64,000 bases of DNA from Deinococcales bacterium (GTDB lineage Bacteria > Deinococcota > Deinococci > Deinococcales > JAAFIG01): positions 7,192 through 71,191 of the forward strand of contig JAAFIG010000022.1 of the NCBI GenBank assembly GCA_013298595.1, read 5' to 3'. A program made the translations under genes and the position numbers. Positions 46,438 to 55,726 of the stretch are shown here, piece after piece (the stretch's first letter is position 1; each line of letters begins with the position of its first letter). The notes under the pieces were generated by a model. It did not search any database. It worked only from the letters and a program-made list of their open reading frames with translations, and was not told where the DNA came from.

Positions 46438-47289
46438 GTGCGACGTGCCTTAGTGTTCACCGAATTAAACCGCAGTGCATTTTTAGTGCTGAGCAGGCAC
46501 GGTAATTCATTACCCCTCGAGACCTTAACCAATCATATTGGTTTGGAATCTCCATTAGCTGCCGCTTGGCTCGAGCCTCGACTAGATGGTCGTTTTGCTG
46601 TGACTGATGGCATGGTTGGCTTGCGAGCTTGGCAGCGGAGCTTTCCACCTCAGGGGGAAATTATTGTGGCTTTAGACTTAGAAGCCACCAACGGCGACCC
46701 TATACGCGAAGATATTATCGAAATTGGCGCAGTGCGTTTAGATGCCAACGGCATTCAAGAATTTCAATCCTTTGTGCCTTCAAACCGTCCAATCAATCCA
46801 TTTGTGCAACGTATGACAGGTATTAACGCTGCTATGATCGAAGGCGCACCCCCTATTGCTGAGACCTTAACCAAACTCGAGGCTTTTCTTGAAGGAGCAA
46901 CTTTGGTGGTGCACAATGCTGGGTTTGATGCTGCATTGTTGTCTCGAGAATTTGGTAAGCTAGGGCGCACGTTGGTCAATCCGATTGTTGATACGGTGAA
47001 TCTCGCCCAAGCGGTACTTCCGGGAAGGCGTAAGCGCGGACTCGAGACCTTATCGAGGTTATACGACGAACCACAACAATCTCACCATCGCGCATTGGAT
47101 GATGCTCGGGTTACACTAGCAGTCGCAAAACATTTATACTTTTCACTTGCGGGTTCCCGCGAGTTAACTTTGAAAGAACTCCACGATGACCTTACCCAAA
47201 TTACTCTCTCCCAAAGTCACCCCAAACCCCCTTCCTCAGCCCAACATGGGCGGCAGCAGCGCCGTCGGAGGTCTCGTCGTGAGCGCTAA
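46438..47289 (+). CDS. DEDDh 3'-5' exonuclease (DnaQ/epsilon-like) with an N-terminal extra domain and an Arg-rich tail
   Basis: The motifs are ExoI (VALDLEATNG), ExoII (VVHNAGFDAALL) and ExoIII (HHRALDDARV). The start is GTG and the tail reads QQRRRRSRRER. Confidence 0.8.
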   Translation: MRRALVFTELNRSAFLVLSRHGNSLPLETLTNHIGLESPLAAAWLEPRLDGRFAVTDGMVGLRAWQRSFPPQGEIIVALDLEATNGDPIREDIIEIGAVRLDANGIQEFQSFVPSNRPINPFVQRMTGINAAMIEGAPPIAETLTKLEAFLEGATLVVHNAGFDAALLSREFGKLGRTLVNPIVDTVNLAQAVLPGRRKRGLETLSRLYDEPQQSHHRALDDARVTLAVAKHLYFSLAGSRELTLKELHDDLTQITLSQSHPKPPSSAQHGRQQRRRRSRRER

Positions 47290-47293
47290 ACAA

Positions 47294-48511
47294 ATGCGGT
47301 ACACCTTAACTCGTCTTTGCTTAGATACTGGCAGCATTGCAATTCTCAAATACCTCGAGCCATTTATCCCCACAGAAAGCACGTTAAGTGCTGCTCTTGA
47401 TGGCGGACGTGAACTCAATTTAGATATTCGCAATGGGCGTGTCTATGGTTTTACAGATTTCTTTGCTCAACAAAAAGTTTCCGTTAACGATGCCCTGATG
47501 ATTACACCACTCGAGTCAAATCGTTGGCAACTCGAAATTGCCCAAAAAGCTCGGGCTATCCCAGCGGCAACTCTACCTGTTGTAGCGGCGGCAGCAATGG
47601 AAAGTATCATCGAAGATGAAAGCACCCATATCCGCGTGGTTCGCAAGCAGCCCGCTACAGTATCGCCATACCCCAATGGTATTTTGTACCCTGGAAGCGA
47701 AAAAACCGAAAATAAAATCGAAGCGCCCACGCAAATCAGCAAACCTGAACCAGCTCCACAGCCAACAGCATTAAGTAAAATCAGCAGTCCAAAAACCATT
47801 TCACCACTCGAGCCTTTGCTGCGTTCATTTAGTAACCTTGGCTATTTGGTTTCGCCACTCGAAACGGGTTTGCAACTCGAGGTGCGTTTACCGCGTGGCA
47901 CTCATAAAATAGCTGTGGCACTAGAAGGTTTTAGCGATATCAGCGCAGTGCTTAAAGCAGGGCGTTTACAGGGTGCCAAGTACTTAGCTGTAGCAGCCAG
48001 CGCCGACCGAATGAATTTTGTGGACACCGCCACTGCCTTTGGTAACATTGCCCGTGTCGAACTTGAAGCTTTATCCACCCTCGAGAAACTACAAGAACAC
48101 TTTGCATTAACGCCACTGGAATTAGAAGGCTACTGGAACGCTGGTGGGATTCGTCAAGAATCGCTCGAGAGTATTCAACACAGCATCAATCAACGCCTCG
48201 AGACCCGTGGTGAATTTAGTTTTGTGATGTTGGCATTGCGTCACTTTAGTGCCCCTTGTCTAATTACCCCAGAAGATATTGTGGCAAAACTCCCAGGCAG
48301 TGGCATTGGTACCAGCAATGTTTTACAAGTACTCGAGACATTATCCAAAGCCCCTTTTATGATGGTTACCCCACTTGGCATGGGTGAGTACCACTTAAAA
48401 ATGAATTTGGAACGCGGACTCGAGGAACTGAGTTCTTATGTTTCAAGTGTCAAAATGCGAATTGGTGCAACTGCACCTGTTAAAGCTGACAATACCCTGA
48501 TACGTGCATAG
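47294..48511 (+). CDS. Hypothetical protein (405 aa), tightly coupled to the exonuclease gene
   Basis: The ATG is 4 nt after the exonuclease stop. An N-terminal ~85-aa domain and a Pro/Ala/Ser linker are followed by a C-terminal ~220 aa region. I recognised no family. Confidence 0.55.
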   Translation: MRYTLTRLCLDTGSIAILKYLEPFIPTESTLSAALDGGRELNLDIRNGRVYGFTDFFAQQKVSVNDALMITPLESNRWQLEIAQKARAIPAATLPVVAAAAMESIIEDESTHIRVVRKQPATVSPYPNGILYPGSEKTENKIEAPTQISKPEPAPQPTALSKISSPKTISPLEPLLRSFSNLGYLVSPLETGLQLEVRLPRGTHKIAVALEGFSDISAVLKAGRLQGAKYLAVAASADRMNFVDTATAFGNIARVELEALSTLEKLQEHFALTPLELEGYWNAGGIRQESLESIQHSINQRLETRGEFSFVMLALRHFSAPCLITPEDIVAKLPGSGIGTSNVLQVLETLSKAPFMMVTPLGMGEYHLKMNLERGLEELSSYVSSVKMRIGATAPVKADNTLIRA

Positions 48512-48538
48512 TAAGAGATTCCAAGTTTAGCGGGTTTT

Positions 48539-51500
48539 TTATGACCGATCCGAAGAACGGCGCTTAGGTGGTGGCGGTAACTCGAGTTCTTCGCCAAGTA
48601 AATAGGGTTTACCCGCTGCTTTAGCGTTATACATACGATTATCGGCAAGAGATTGCAACTGATCTAAGTTGCTGGCTTCGTTTGGGTATGAAGCCAAACC
48701 AATATTTAACAAAATTTTGATATCACCATCAAATTCCATTTGTTCAATAGCACCCACAATGTACATCAGCAACTCAAGGGCTGCTTGTTCGGGCGGGATA
48801 ATCAAAGCAAATTCATCACCACCTGTTCGGTAAGCTTTATGACTGGCACGACCAAGTTGATTGGGTCCACTGGCAAGCACTTTTGCCACTCGAGCCAGAA
48901 CAACATCGCCAGCCGCATGTCCGAATTGATCGTTGACTAACTTAAAACCTGTTAAATCTATGGCTGCTAAACCAAAGTTTTGATATTGCTCAAGGCTGCG
49001 TTGCAAATCTTCATCAAAAGCTCGACGGTTACGTAAATTGGTTAGTGGGTCAAACCGCGCAGCTCGTTCGGCTTGGAATCGTAAGAATTCCATCTCGCTG
49101 GCTTTACGCTCGAGTTGTTCGTGTAGTAAAACATTTTCTAAAGCTGTGCTGATTGGATTACTCAGGCTGACAATCATGGCTAAATCTGATTTGGTTAATG
49201 GTTGCTCGAGTGTAGATTCAATATTTAATGTACCTAAAACCCCAACTGAACCTTTTAACGGCACAGCAATCAACGAAACCAAGTCGGGCGAAGCCACAAT
49301 AAAATCGGGATCTTTTCTGCCATCAGTAATCAGTTCGGGTGTACCTGAACGGGCAACTCGACCAATCACACCATTGGCTAATGGCACTTCAAAATACGGT
49401 GTGGGAATACCAAGTTGCCCTTGTAAACGCAAGGTTTGCCCCTCAAGTAAATACAAACTACTATGCTGAAAACCAAGGGCATCTTCTAAAACATGAAGCA
49501 CTGCTCGCACTAAGTCTGGTAAGCTCCGCAAACGCGCAACTTCTTGACTGATACGCGTTCGCACCCGTTCATCACGCAAACTAGCCCGTTCTCGGACATA
49601 TAATCGTGCATTCTCGAGGGCGATACTGGCAAGGGCAGCAAAGCGTTCTAAAGTTTCTAAATCGTAAGAATCAAACCGTGCAACAATAGCGGTGTCGGCG
49701 AGGGTTAAAGCACCAATCACATTTTTACCTTGGCGTAAAGGCACACTGGCGACACTGCGCCACGGCGAAACAATATCGGCTGCTCGCAATTCCCAAATCT
49801 GATAATCTTCGATCAGAAGCAGTTCACCAAGTTCTGCCACCTGTCCAGACACACCTGTACCCAAAGCAAAACGCGTTTCAGGAAAGTCTCCGATACCCGC
49901 AGCTAAAACAATTTCTTGATGCTCGATTAAAAACACACCACCAGCATTAGCACCCAGCAACGCCGAGGCGCGTTCCAAAATACTCGAGAGTAAAGCTTCG
50001 GGTTCTAAATTCTTACTAACCTCTAAAGACACTTGGTATAACGCCTCGAGTTGCCTGGCTCGAGCTAACGCTTTACCTTCTGCGTGACGAGCATCGTCGA
50101 GCAACTGAGCGCGTTCCAAAGCAATACTGGCACTGGCAGCAAATCGCTCGAGGGTATCTAAATCGCTATCCGCAAAACGGTATGTATTTTGGGTATCGGC
50201 AATCACTAAAGCCCCTGTGATTTCTTTGCCACGCTTTAACGGTACCGATAACACAGATTGCCAAACACTTGCACCACGACGACCCGCTTGAGTCCAATTT
50301 TGATAATCATCAATTCGTAATGCCTGACCTGTCAAAGCTGTGACACCACTGGCACCATATCCTAAAGGCATAATAGGACTGGCACTAGCCCCAATTGTGG
50401 CAGCTAAATGCAATTCCTCGAGTTCAGATTGCAACAAATACAACCGCCCAGCATGTGCTCCAAAAAGCATCACTGCTCGCTCGAGAATACTCTCTAAAAG
50501 CATATCTAATTCGATGTAATGCCCAAGTTCTAAATTAATTTCATGTAAAGCTTCCATCAGTGCAGTGCGTTCCTGAGCACTCTGCTCGGCAACTCGCAAG
50601 GAATCAAACAACCGCGTGGTCTCGAGAGCAGCACTGGTTGCTGCGGCAAAACGTTCTAAAGCTTCAAGATCATTAGCATCAAACCGATTGGTGGCTCGAG
50701 TATCAGCAATGGTTAAAGCACCAATCACTTGATCTCCACGCCATAACGGTGCGCTCATAGCAGCTTGCCATGAGACAATTTCGTTATCACGAATATCTTG
50801 CCCATCCCAGTTTTTGTAATCCTGCACCACTCGAGCTTGTTGTTGCACAATCACTTTGCCCGATAAACCTTCACCTAAAGTACCAGAAACACTCGGACTT
50901 TCCCCATGCACTGCAACCCGTTCAAACAAATTGCCACTGACCAGATAGACCGCGCCAGCATCGGCAGAAAACAAGGCTGTGACTCGATCAACCACTTGTT
51001 GCAACATTGCACTTGGTTCAAACTGCCCAGCCAATGCCAAACTGGTCTGGTACAACGCCTCGAGCAAACGTGTCTGACGCTGATTATGCAAACTGGTCTG
51101 CTCGGCTTTTTCCAGTAAGGCAGCATTCTCGAGGGTCACATTGGCAACTGCTGCAAAACGCTCGAGACCCACTAAATCTTCGGGTTGAAAACACATTGGA
51201 TTTGTGGTGTGTGCCAATGTTAAAGCACCAATCACTTTGCCGTCCAAATGCAATGGCACAGATAAGGCAGCTTGCCAAAGTGGTGAAATTTCGTTAGCGG
51301 GTTTTCCATCCCACGCTTGATACTGATTCATTAATAACGGTAAACCCGCAGCAATAACCCGCCCCGATAAACCATGATCTAAAGTAATGATTTGTTGAAC
51401 ATTGGGGTCAGTCAAATCGGTCGAAGCTCGAATTGTTCCATCAGCTTGCAACATATACACCGAACCAGCATTGGCTCCAAGTAAATTCGCTGCTCGTTCC

Positions 51501-53149
51501 AACAAAGAACGCAACAACTGCTGACTAGGAACATGCCGAGTCACAGCTAAACTTGCCTGATGTAGTGCCTGCAATTGATTGGCTTGCACTCGAGCACGTT
51601 GTTCAGCTTGGCGTGCCGCATCGAGTAACAAAACATTTTCTAAAGATAAACTAGCAATAGCCGCAAACCGCTCGAGCACAGCGACATCTGCAACTGTAAA
51701 ACGCTCTGGGAAACGCGTATCAACAATGGTTAAAGCACCTAGTACATGCTGTTGCCAACGAAGTGGCACACTTATTACTGCTCGCCAATCCACACCTGGG
51801 TCGTTGCCATTATAAAAATCAGAGAATTCATGGTTGCCAAGTAAAATTGGCTCGCCATTTTGCGCCACCCGACCCGAAACCCCGTACCCCAATGGTGCTC
51901 GAGGTACAAGTTCATCGCCATAATCGGCAAGTAAGCGAATTTCATCAGCTTCACGCAAGTAAATACCACCAACGTTCGCGCTAAACAAAGCCACCACCCG
52001 TTGCAATAAATCGTGCGCTACAGCCTGCACATCTTGTGTATTACCCACTTCGACTTGGGTTTTATACAAAGCCTCGAGCAAACCAGCCCGATGCTCGGCT
52101 TCAGAACGTGCCGCTCGAGCTTCAACATACAACCGAGCATTCTCGAGTAAACCCGCAACAATCGGAGCTATTTGTAAAACAAAATCAACATCTTCGTTAT
52201 CAAACTCTAAGCCATGATGACGCTCAAAAAACACCACACCAATTCGGATATCGCCATGTAACAAAGGCACAGCAATCAAACCCTGCAAACCAGCATCCAC
52301 ATATCCAGAGATAGCCAAAGGATGTTCAGGATAGTAATTGAGTAACAATGGGGTGCTATGCAAAGTTGCTTGCAATAACACCTCATGACCAGAATGCAGC
52401 AAACCCACAGTTACATCATCAGCATCCACAACCAACTCGAGTCGCTTAGAACCGTCACGCAACAAAACCAAACCACCAACAGCTTCAAGCATCACCCCAG
52501 AACGCCGAATTAACTCATGCAAAGCTGCAAACGGCTCGAGCGAAGCAATAATCTCAGAAAAATGCTTTTGCAATTGCTCACGGCGCACTAAACGAGATTC
52601 TGATATACGCTGTTGTTGCTCCTGAGCTGCGCGTAAACTCGCATTTTCTAGGGCTACACTTGAAAACGCTGCAAACCGCTCGAGCAACAACAACTGCTCT
52701 GATTGGTACGCCGCAACTTGTTCATCCCAAATCGCCATCAAAACCCCAAAAACACGTCCGCCACGACGCAAGGGGGTCGCAATCATCGAACGTTGCAAAC
52801 CAGCATACCGAGCACTCCGCAACGCCGACGCTTGATAATCATCAATCAATACCGACTCGCCATGCCCAAAAACCCAACCGCAGACCCCTTCATCAGGCGC
52901 AAATCGCTGTCCCACTCGAGTAATTAACTGCCCAACGCCATGACGCATCTCGAGGCTACCGTCGGGCAAACCAACATACACGGCCGCCGAAGTGCCACCA
53001 CAAAAACGCAGCACCCCCTCAAGCAACCGCACAAATAGCTCTGCATCATTTTCCTGAGCACCAAGTGTCAATGTCAATTGATGCAGCAACTCAAGCGCCT
53101 CGAGGCTCGAGTTATTTTGCCACCGCACCACCGAAGACGACACAGACAT
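48539..53149 (-). CDS. Multi-GAF (about 8 tandem GAF domains) diguanylate cyclase (GGDEF)
   Basis: GAF modules repeat, each ending in a ...LERFAAxxSxALENAxL linker. The C-terminus has DPLTNLRNRRAF...RTGGDEFALI. Confidence 0.9.
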   Translation of the reverse strand: MSVSSSVVRWQNNSSLEALELLHQLTLTLGAQENDAELFVRLLEGVLRFCGGTSAAVYVGLPDGSLEMRHGVGQLITRVGQRFAPDEGVCGWVFGHGESVLIDDYQASALRSARYAGLQRSMIATPLRRGGRVFGVLMAIWDEQVAAYQSEQLLLLERFAAFSSVALENASLRAAQEQQQRISESRLVRREQLQKHFSEIIASLEPFAALHELIRRSGVMLEAVGGLVLLRDGSKRLELVVDADDVTVGLLHSGHEVLLQATLHSTPLLLNYYPEHPLAISGYVDAGLQGLIAVPLLHGDIRIGVVFFERHHGLEFDNEDVDFVLQIAPIVAGLLENARLYVEARAARSEAEHRAGLLEALYKTQVEVGNTQDVQAVAHDLLQRVVALFSANVGGIYLREADEIRLLADYGDELVPRAPLGYGVSGRVAQNGEPILLGNHEFSDFYNGNDPGVDWRAVISVPLRWQQHVLGALTIVDTRFPERFTVADVAVLERFAAIASLSLENVLLLDAARQAEQRARVQANQLQALHQASLAVTRHVPSQQLLRSLLERAANLLGANAGSVYMLQADGTIRASTDLTDPNVQQIITLDHGLSGRVIAAGLPLLMNQYQAWDGKPANEISPLWQAALSVPLHLDGKVIGALTLAHTTNPMCFQPEDLVGLERFAAVANVTLENAALLEKAEQTSLHNQRQTRLLEALYQTSLALAGQFEPSAMLQQVVDRVTALFSADAGAVYLVSGNLFERVAVHGESPSVSGTLGEGLSGKVIVQQQARVVQDYKNWDGQDIRDNEIVSWQAAMSAPLWRGDQVIGALTIADTRATNRFDANDLEALERFAAATSAALETTRLFDSLRVAEQSAQERTALMEALHEINLELGHYIELDMLLESILERAVMLFGAHAGRLYLLQSELEELHLAATIGASASPIMPLGYGASGVTALTGQALRIDDYQNWTQAGRRGASVWQSVLSVPLKRGKEITGALVIADTQNTYRFADSDLDTLERFAASASIALERAQLLDDARHAEGKALARARQLEALYQVSLEVSKNLEPEALLSSILERASALLGANAGGVFLIEHQEIVLAAGIGDFPETRFALGTGVSGQVAELGELLLIEDYQIWELRAADIVSPWRSVASVPLRQGKNVIGALTLADTAIVARFDSYDLETLERFAALASIALENARLYVRERASLRDERVRTRISQEVARLRSLPDLVRAVLHVLEDALGFQHSSLYLLEGQTLRLQGQLGIPTPYFEVPLANGVIGRVARSGTPELITDGRKDPDFIVASPDLVSLIAVPLKGSVGVLGTLNIESTLEQPLTKSDLAMIVSLSNPISTALENVLLHEQLERKASEMEFLRFQAERAARFDPLTNLRNRRAFDEDLQRSLEQYQNFGLAAIDLTGFKLVNDQFGHAAGDVVLARVAKVLASGPNQLGRASHKAYRTGGDEFALIIPPEQAALELLMYIVGAIEQMEFDGDIKILLNIGLASYPNEASNLDQLQSLADNRMYNAKAAGKPYLLGEELELPPPPKRRSSDRS

Positions 53150-53216
53150 GAACAGTTATCATGTTATCAAACTCTGACCTGTTCTAAGCAAAAAAACGCA
53201 CACATCCAAAAAACCA

Positions 53217-53597
53217 TCAATAACGCTTCAAATAAGCAGGACTAGCCACTTGTAATTTTGCAACAGCCACCTCAGACAAGACAGTGAGTGTACCCACTGG
53301 TACAATTCCCAAACGAATCTGACTGGCTAATTGCGAATTCAAATCCAACACCACAGCATCCAAACTGGCTCGAGAATCCCAATTTGGCACAGCCACCCCA
53401 AGCAAAACCGCTAAATGTTCAGCCTCGAGTTGTAACAAACCCTCCTCGAGTGGTGCTCGCCCCAGCATCGAAAGAGCATTCATTGCCACCAACAAACGAA
53501 ATTTCAACCGAGCATCTGCCACCACAGGCATGATTTCAGACTCGAGAAATTCTCGCACCGCAACAGCGAGTTCGGCATTATCAGGACGAGGCTGCAT
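53217..53597 (-). CDS. DUF6285-like protein (usual partner of phosphotransferase genes)
   Basis: The sequence is RPDNAELAVAVREFLESEIMPVVADARLKFRLLVAMNALSMLGR. This is a family call from memory. Confidence 0.5.
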   Translation of the reverse strand: MQPRPDNAELAVAVREFLESEIMPVVADARLKFRLLVAMNALSMLGRAPLEEGLLQLEAEHLAVLLGVAVPNWDSRASLDAVVLDLNSQLASQIRLGIVPVGTLTVLSEVAVAKLQVASPAYLKRY

Positions 53598-53651
53598 GGA
53601 AGTAGTTTAACGTAAAGGCAGAGGAAAAAGGAAAAACAAAGTAGCTCGAGA

Positions 53652-54641
53652 TTAGAATTCTTTTTGCAATAAATGCAGTAACTCGAATTCCATCTCGGCA
53701 CTTAAACGCCCCAGCACAGCCAATTCCACACTACGCTCGAGCTTATCGAGGTGGCGTTTAGCTTGGGTTAACGCCGCCACAGCCCATTTAACATTGCCTA
53801 GTACCTCCCAAAAATGCAGGGTCTCGAGGGTGATATTTTGTTTTGTTAACAAATTGTAATGCGCTAAGTACGGCTCGAGGTTAGCAACACCACCAAGATG
53901 CAAATGATCGTTACCAAAACGCCACGCCCGAATTAACGTCCAGGCTAAATCCTCGGCAGGATCGCCAATATGGGCGAACTCCCAATCCAGCACCGCCACC
54001 AAATCGGTTTCAGAAATCATCAGATTGCCAATGCGAAAATCCCCATGCACCAAGACCTTGCCATGCGACGGTGGCAAATGCGTTTTCAACCAATGCAACG
54101 CCAATTCAATGGTTGGATGCGGCTCAACAACAGAATCTAATTCCGCGTACAAACGCAAAATACTATGCTCCGCTCCAGACAAATCACTGCGCGGCAAAAA
54201 ACCAAGTATTCCCAAATCCACCGCATGAATCCGTGCCAATTGCTCTGCCATTCGCAACGGCAAGACTTCTCGAGCCACCGCAAACTCAGGCTTAGATACC
54301 ACCCGCCGCCCCACCGCCTCACCACGAACTCGAGCCGACACAAACGCCTCACGCCCCAACGAATCCGCCACATACAACACAGGCTCAGGCACCAACACCC
54401 CCGCTGCAAACACCGACTCGAGAACCCGAAATTCCTGCTCAAGACTGAGTTGCTCGAGATTCATCGCCCCACCACCCGCCCGACGCACAATCAACTCACG
54501 CAGCACCCCAGCTTGCTCGAGATTCAAAAACCAAGCTTCTTTACTGGCACCACCCGCCAACAAATGCAAATCCAAGACTTTGCTATTTGGGAACAAAGAC
54601 TCGAGCAACGCCGACAAAGCGGAATGGGTATCGGAAGGCAT
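53652..54641 (-). CDS. Phosphotransferase-family (APH-like) kinase
   Basis: It has the Brenner motif VLVHGDFRIGNLM, then AVLDWEFAHIGDPAEDL. I took the start at ATG 54641. The 139 codons upstream in the track ORF run through REP hairpins. Confidence 0.8.
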   Translation of the reverse strand: MPSDTHSALSALLESLFPNSKVLDLHLLAGGASKEAWFLNLEQAGVLRELIVRRAGGGAMNLEQLSLEQEFRVLESVFAAGVLVPEPVLYVADSLGREAFVSARVRGEAVGRRVVSKPEFAVAREVLPLRMAEQLARIHAVDLGILGFLPRSDLSGAEHSILRLYAELDSVVEPHPTIELALHWLKTHLPPSHGKVLVHGDFRIGNLMISETDLVAVLDWEFAHIGDPAEDLAWTLIRAWRFGNDHLHLGGVANLEPYLAHYNLLTKQNITLETLHFWEVLGNVKWAVAALTQAKRHLDKLERSVELAVLGRLSAEMEFELLHLLQKEF

Positions 54642-54712
54642 ACAACAGTTTAGGGGAAAAGCAAAGGAAGGATGAAGAGGATGTGAAAGAGCTTGCATGT
54701 TTTGAGTCAAGA

Positions 54713-54839
54713 GGCGACACCGTGTCGCACCAAAAACAGTATTGGCAAAACCGTACATCTCCCTTGTTACAAAAATGCTGTGACAGTTCTTCGAGAAACC
54801 ATGATTAGCACAGCAAAGCGAGGCATGCCTCGCCGCTAC
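54713..54839 (-). repeat. Two REP-like hairpins in the metF / kinase spacer
   Basis: Position 54713..54731 reads ggcgacaccgtgtcgcacc (minus-strand reading ggtgcgacacggtgtcgcc + TCTTGAC). Position 54817..54839 reads agcgaggcatgcctcgccgctac (minus-strand reading GTAGCGGCGAGGCATGCCTCGCT). Confidence 0.6.
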
Positions 54840-54859
54840 GGTTAGCAACAAGCTTCTAG

Positions 54860-55726
54860 CTATTTCAATCTCGAGATGGGGTCGGTTAATGCTCCGAGGA
54901 CATCCATGACAACTTTTGGTCTGCCTAATGGGTAAAGGTGCACACCAGATACGCTGGCTTGGCGTAAATCTTGGACGATTTGTTTTGCCCACTCGAGACC
55001 AGCTTTTTTGCCGTTCTGCTCGAGGTCTTGTAGTAGTGCGGATGGTACGGTTGTCCATTTGGCAACACGCACTGCCATCTCGAGATTACGAATCGGTAGA
55101 ACTCCGAATAATACAGGAATACTGGGTTGCACAATGTCGAGGAATCGGTGCACTGTGTCGATGTCAAAGACTGGTTGGGTTTGGGCAAAATGCGCTCCAG
55201 CAGCAACTTTTGCTGCGAATCTTTCGCGCTCGAGTATCAAATCGGCTGCGCCTGGATTGGCAGCCACGGCAATACTAAAATTGGTTGGCTCGAGGTCACG
55301 CCCTGCTTTGGATTGACCATTATTTAAGCTGCGAACAATGCTGGCAAGTCCAACCGCATCCACTTCAAAAACGCCTTTGGTATCAGGGTGGTCGCCTCGT
55401 TCGGGTGGGTCGCCACGCAAACACAAAATGTTTTGCACCCCAAGCGCGGCAGCGCCTAATAATTCGGATTGCAAACCCAGAATGTTACGGTCACGGCAAG
55501 TAAAATGGGCAATCACCTCGAGTCCTGTGCGTTCTTGCACAAGTTTGGCTGCGACCAACGGACTCATTCGCAAATTGGCTTGTGGACTATCGGAAATATT
55601 GACTGCATCCACATACCCACGCACCGCTAAGGCTTCCTCGAGGGTTTTGGTGGGGTCGCTGCCTCGAGGTGGGTCGAGTTCGGCTGTGACCACAAACACC
55701 TTACCAAGTTTATCGATTAGTTTCAT
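54860..55726 (-). CDS. metF: Methylenetetrahydrofolate reductase
   Basis: The sequence VVTAELDPPRGSDP...VDAVNISDSPQANLRMS...HFTCRDRN is the MTHFR pattern. The gene overlaps the upstream gene by 4 nt. Confidence 0.85.
   Translation of the reverse strand: MKLIDKLGKVFVVTAELDPPRGSDPTKTLEEALAVRGYVDAVNISDSPQANLRMSPLVAAKLVQERTGLEVIAHFTCRDRNILGLQSELLGAAALGVQNILCLRGDPPERGDHPDTKGVFEVDAVGLASIVRSLNNGQSKAGRDLEPTNFSIAVAANPGAADLILERERFAAKVAAGAHFAQTQPVFDIDTVHRFLDIVQPSIPVLFGVLPIRNLEMAVRVAKWTTVPSALLQDLEQNGKKAGLEWAKQIVQDLRQASVSGVHLYPLGRPKVVMDVLGALTDPISRLK

Noticed and set aside
48539-53149. Internal DNA repeats of the giant gene considered as a non-coding repeat array or an assembly artefact.
   Set aside because: The repeats are in-frame, diverged at the DNA level, and correspond to GAF domain/linker units of one uninterrupted ORF.
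54642-55058. The 139-codon N-terminal extension of the kinase ORF (track 53652..55058).
   Set aside because: The extension would overlap metF and reads through two REP hairpins. The kinase-family similarity begins at the ATG at 54641.
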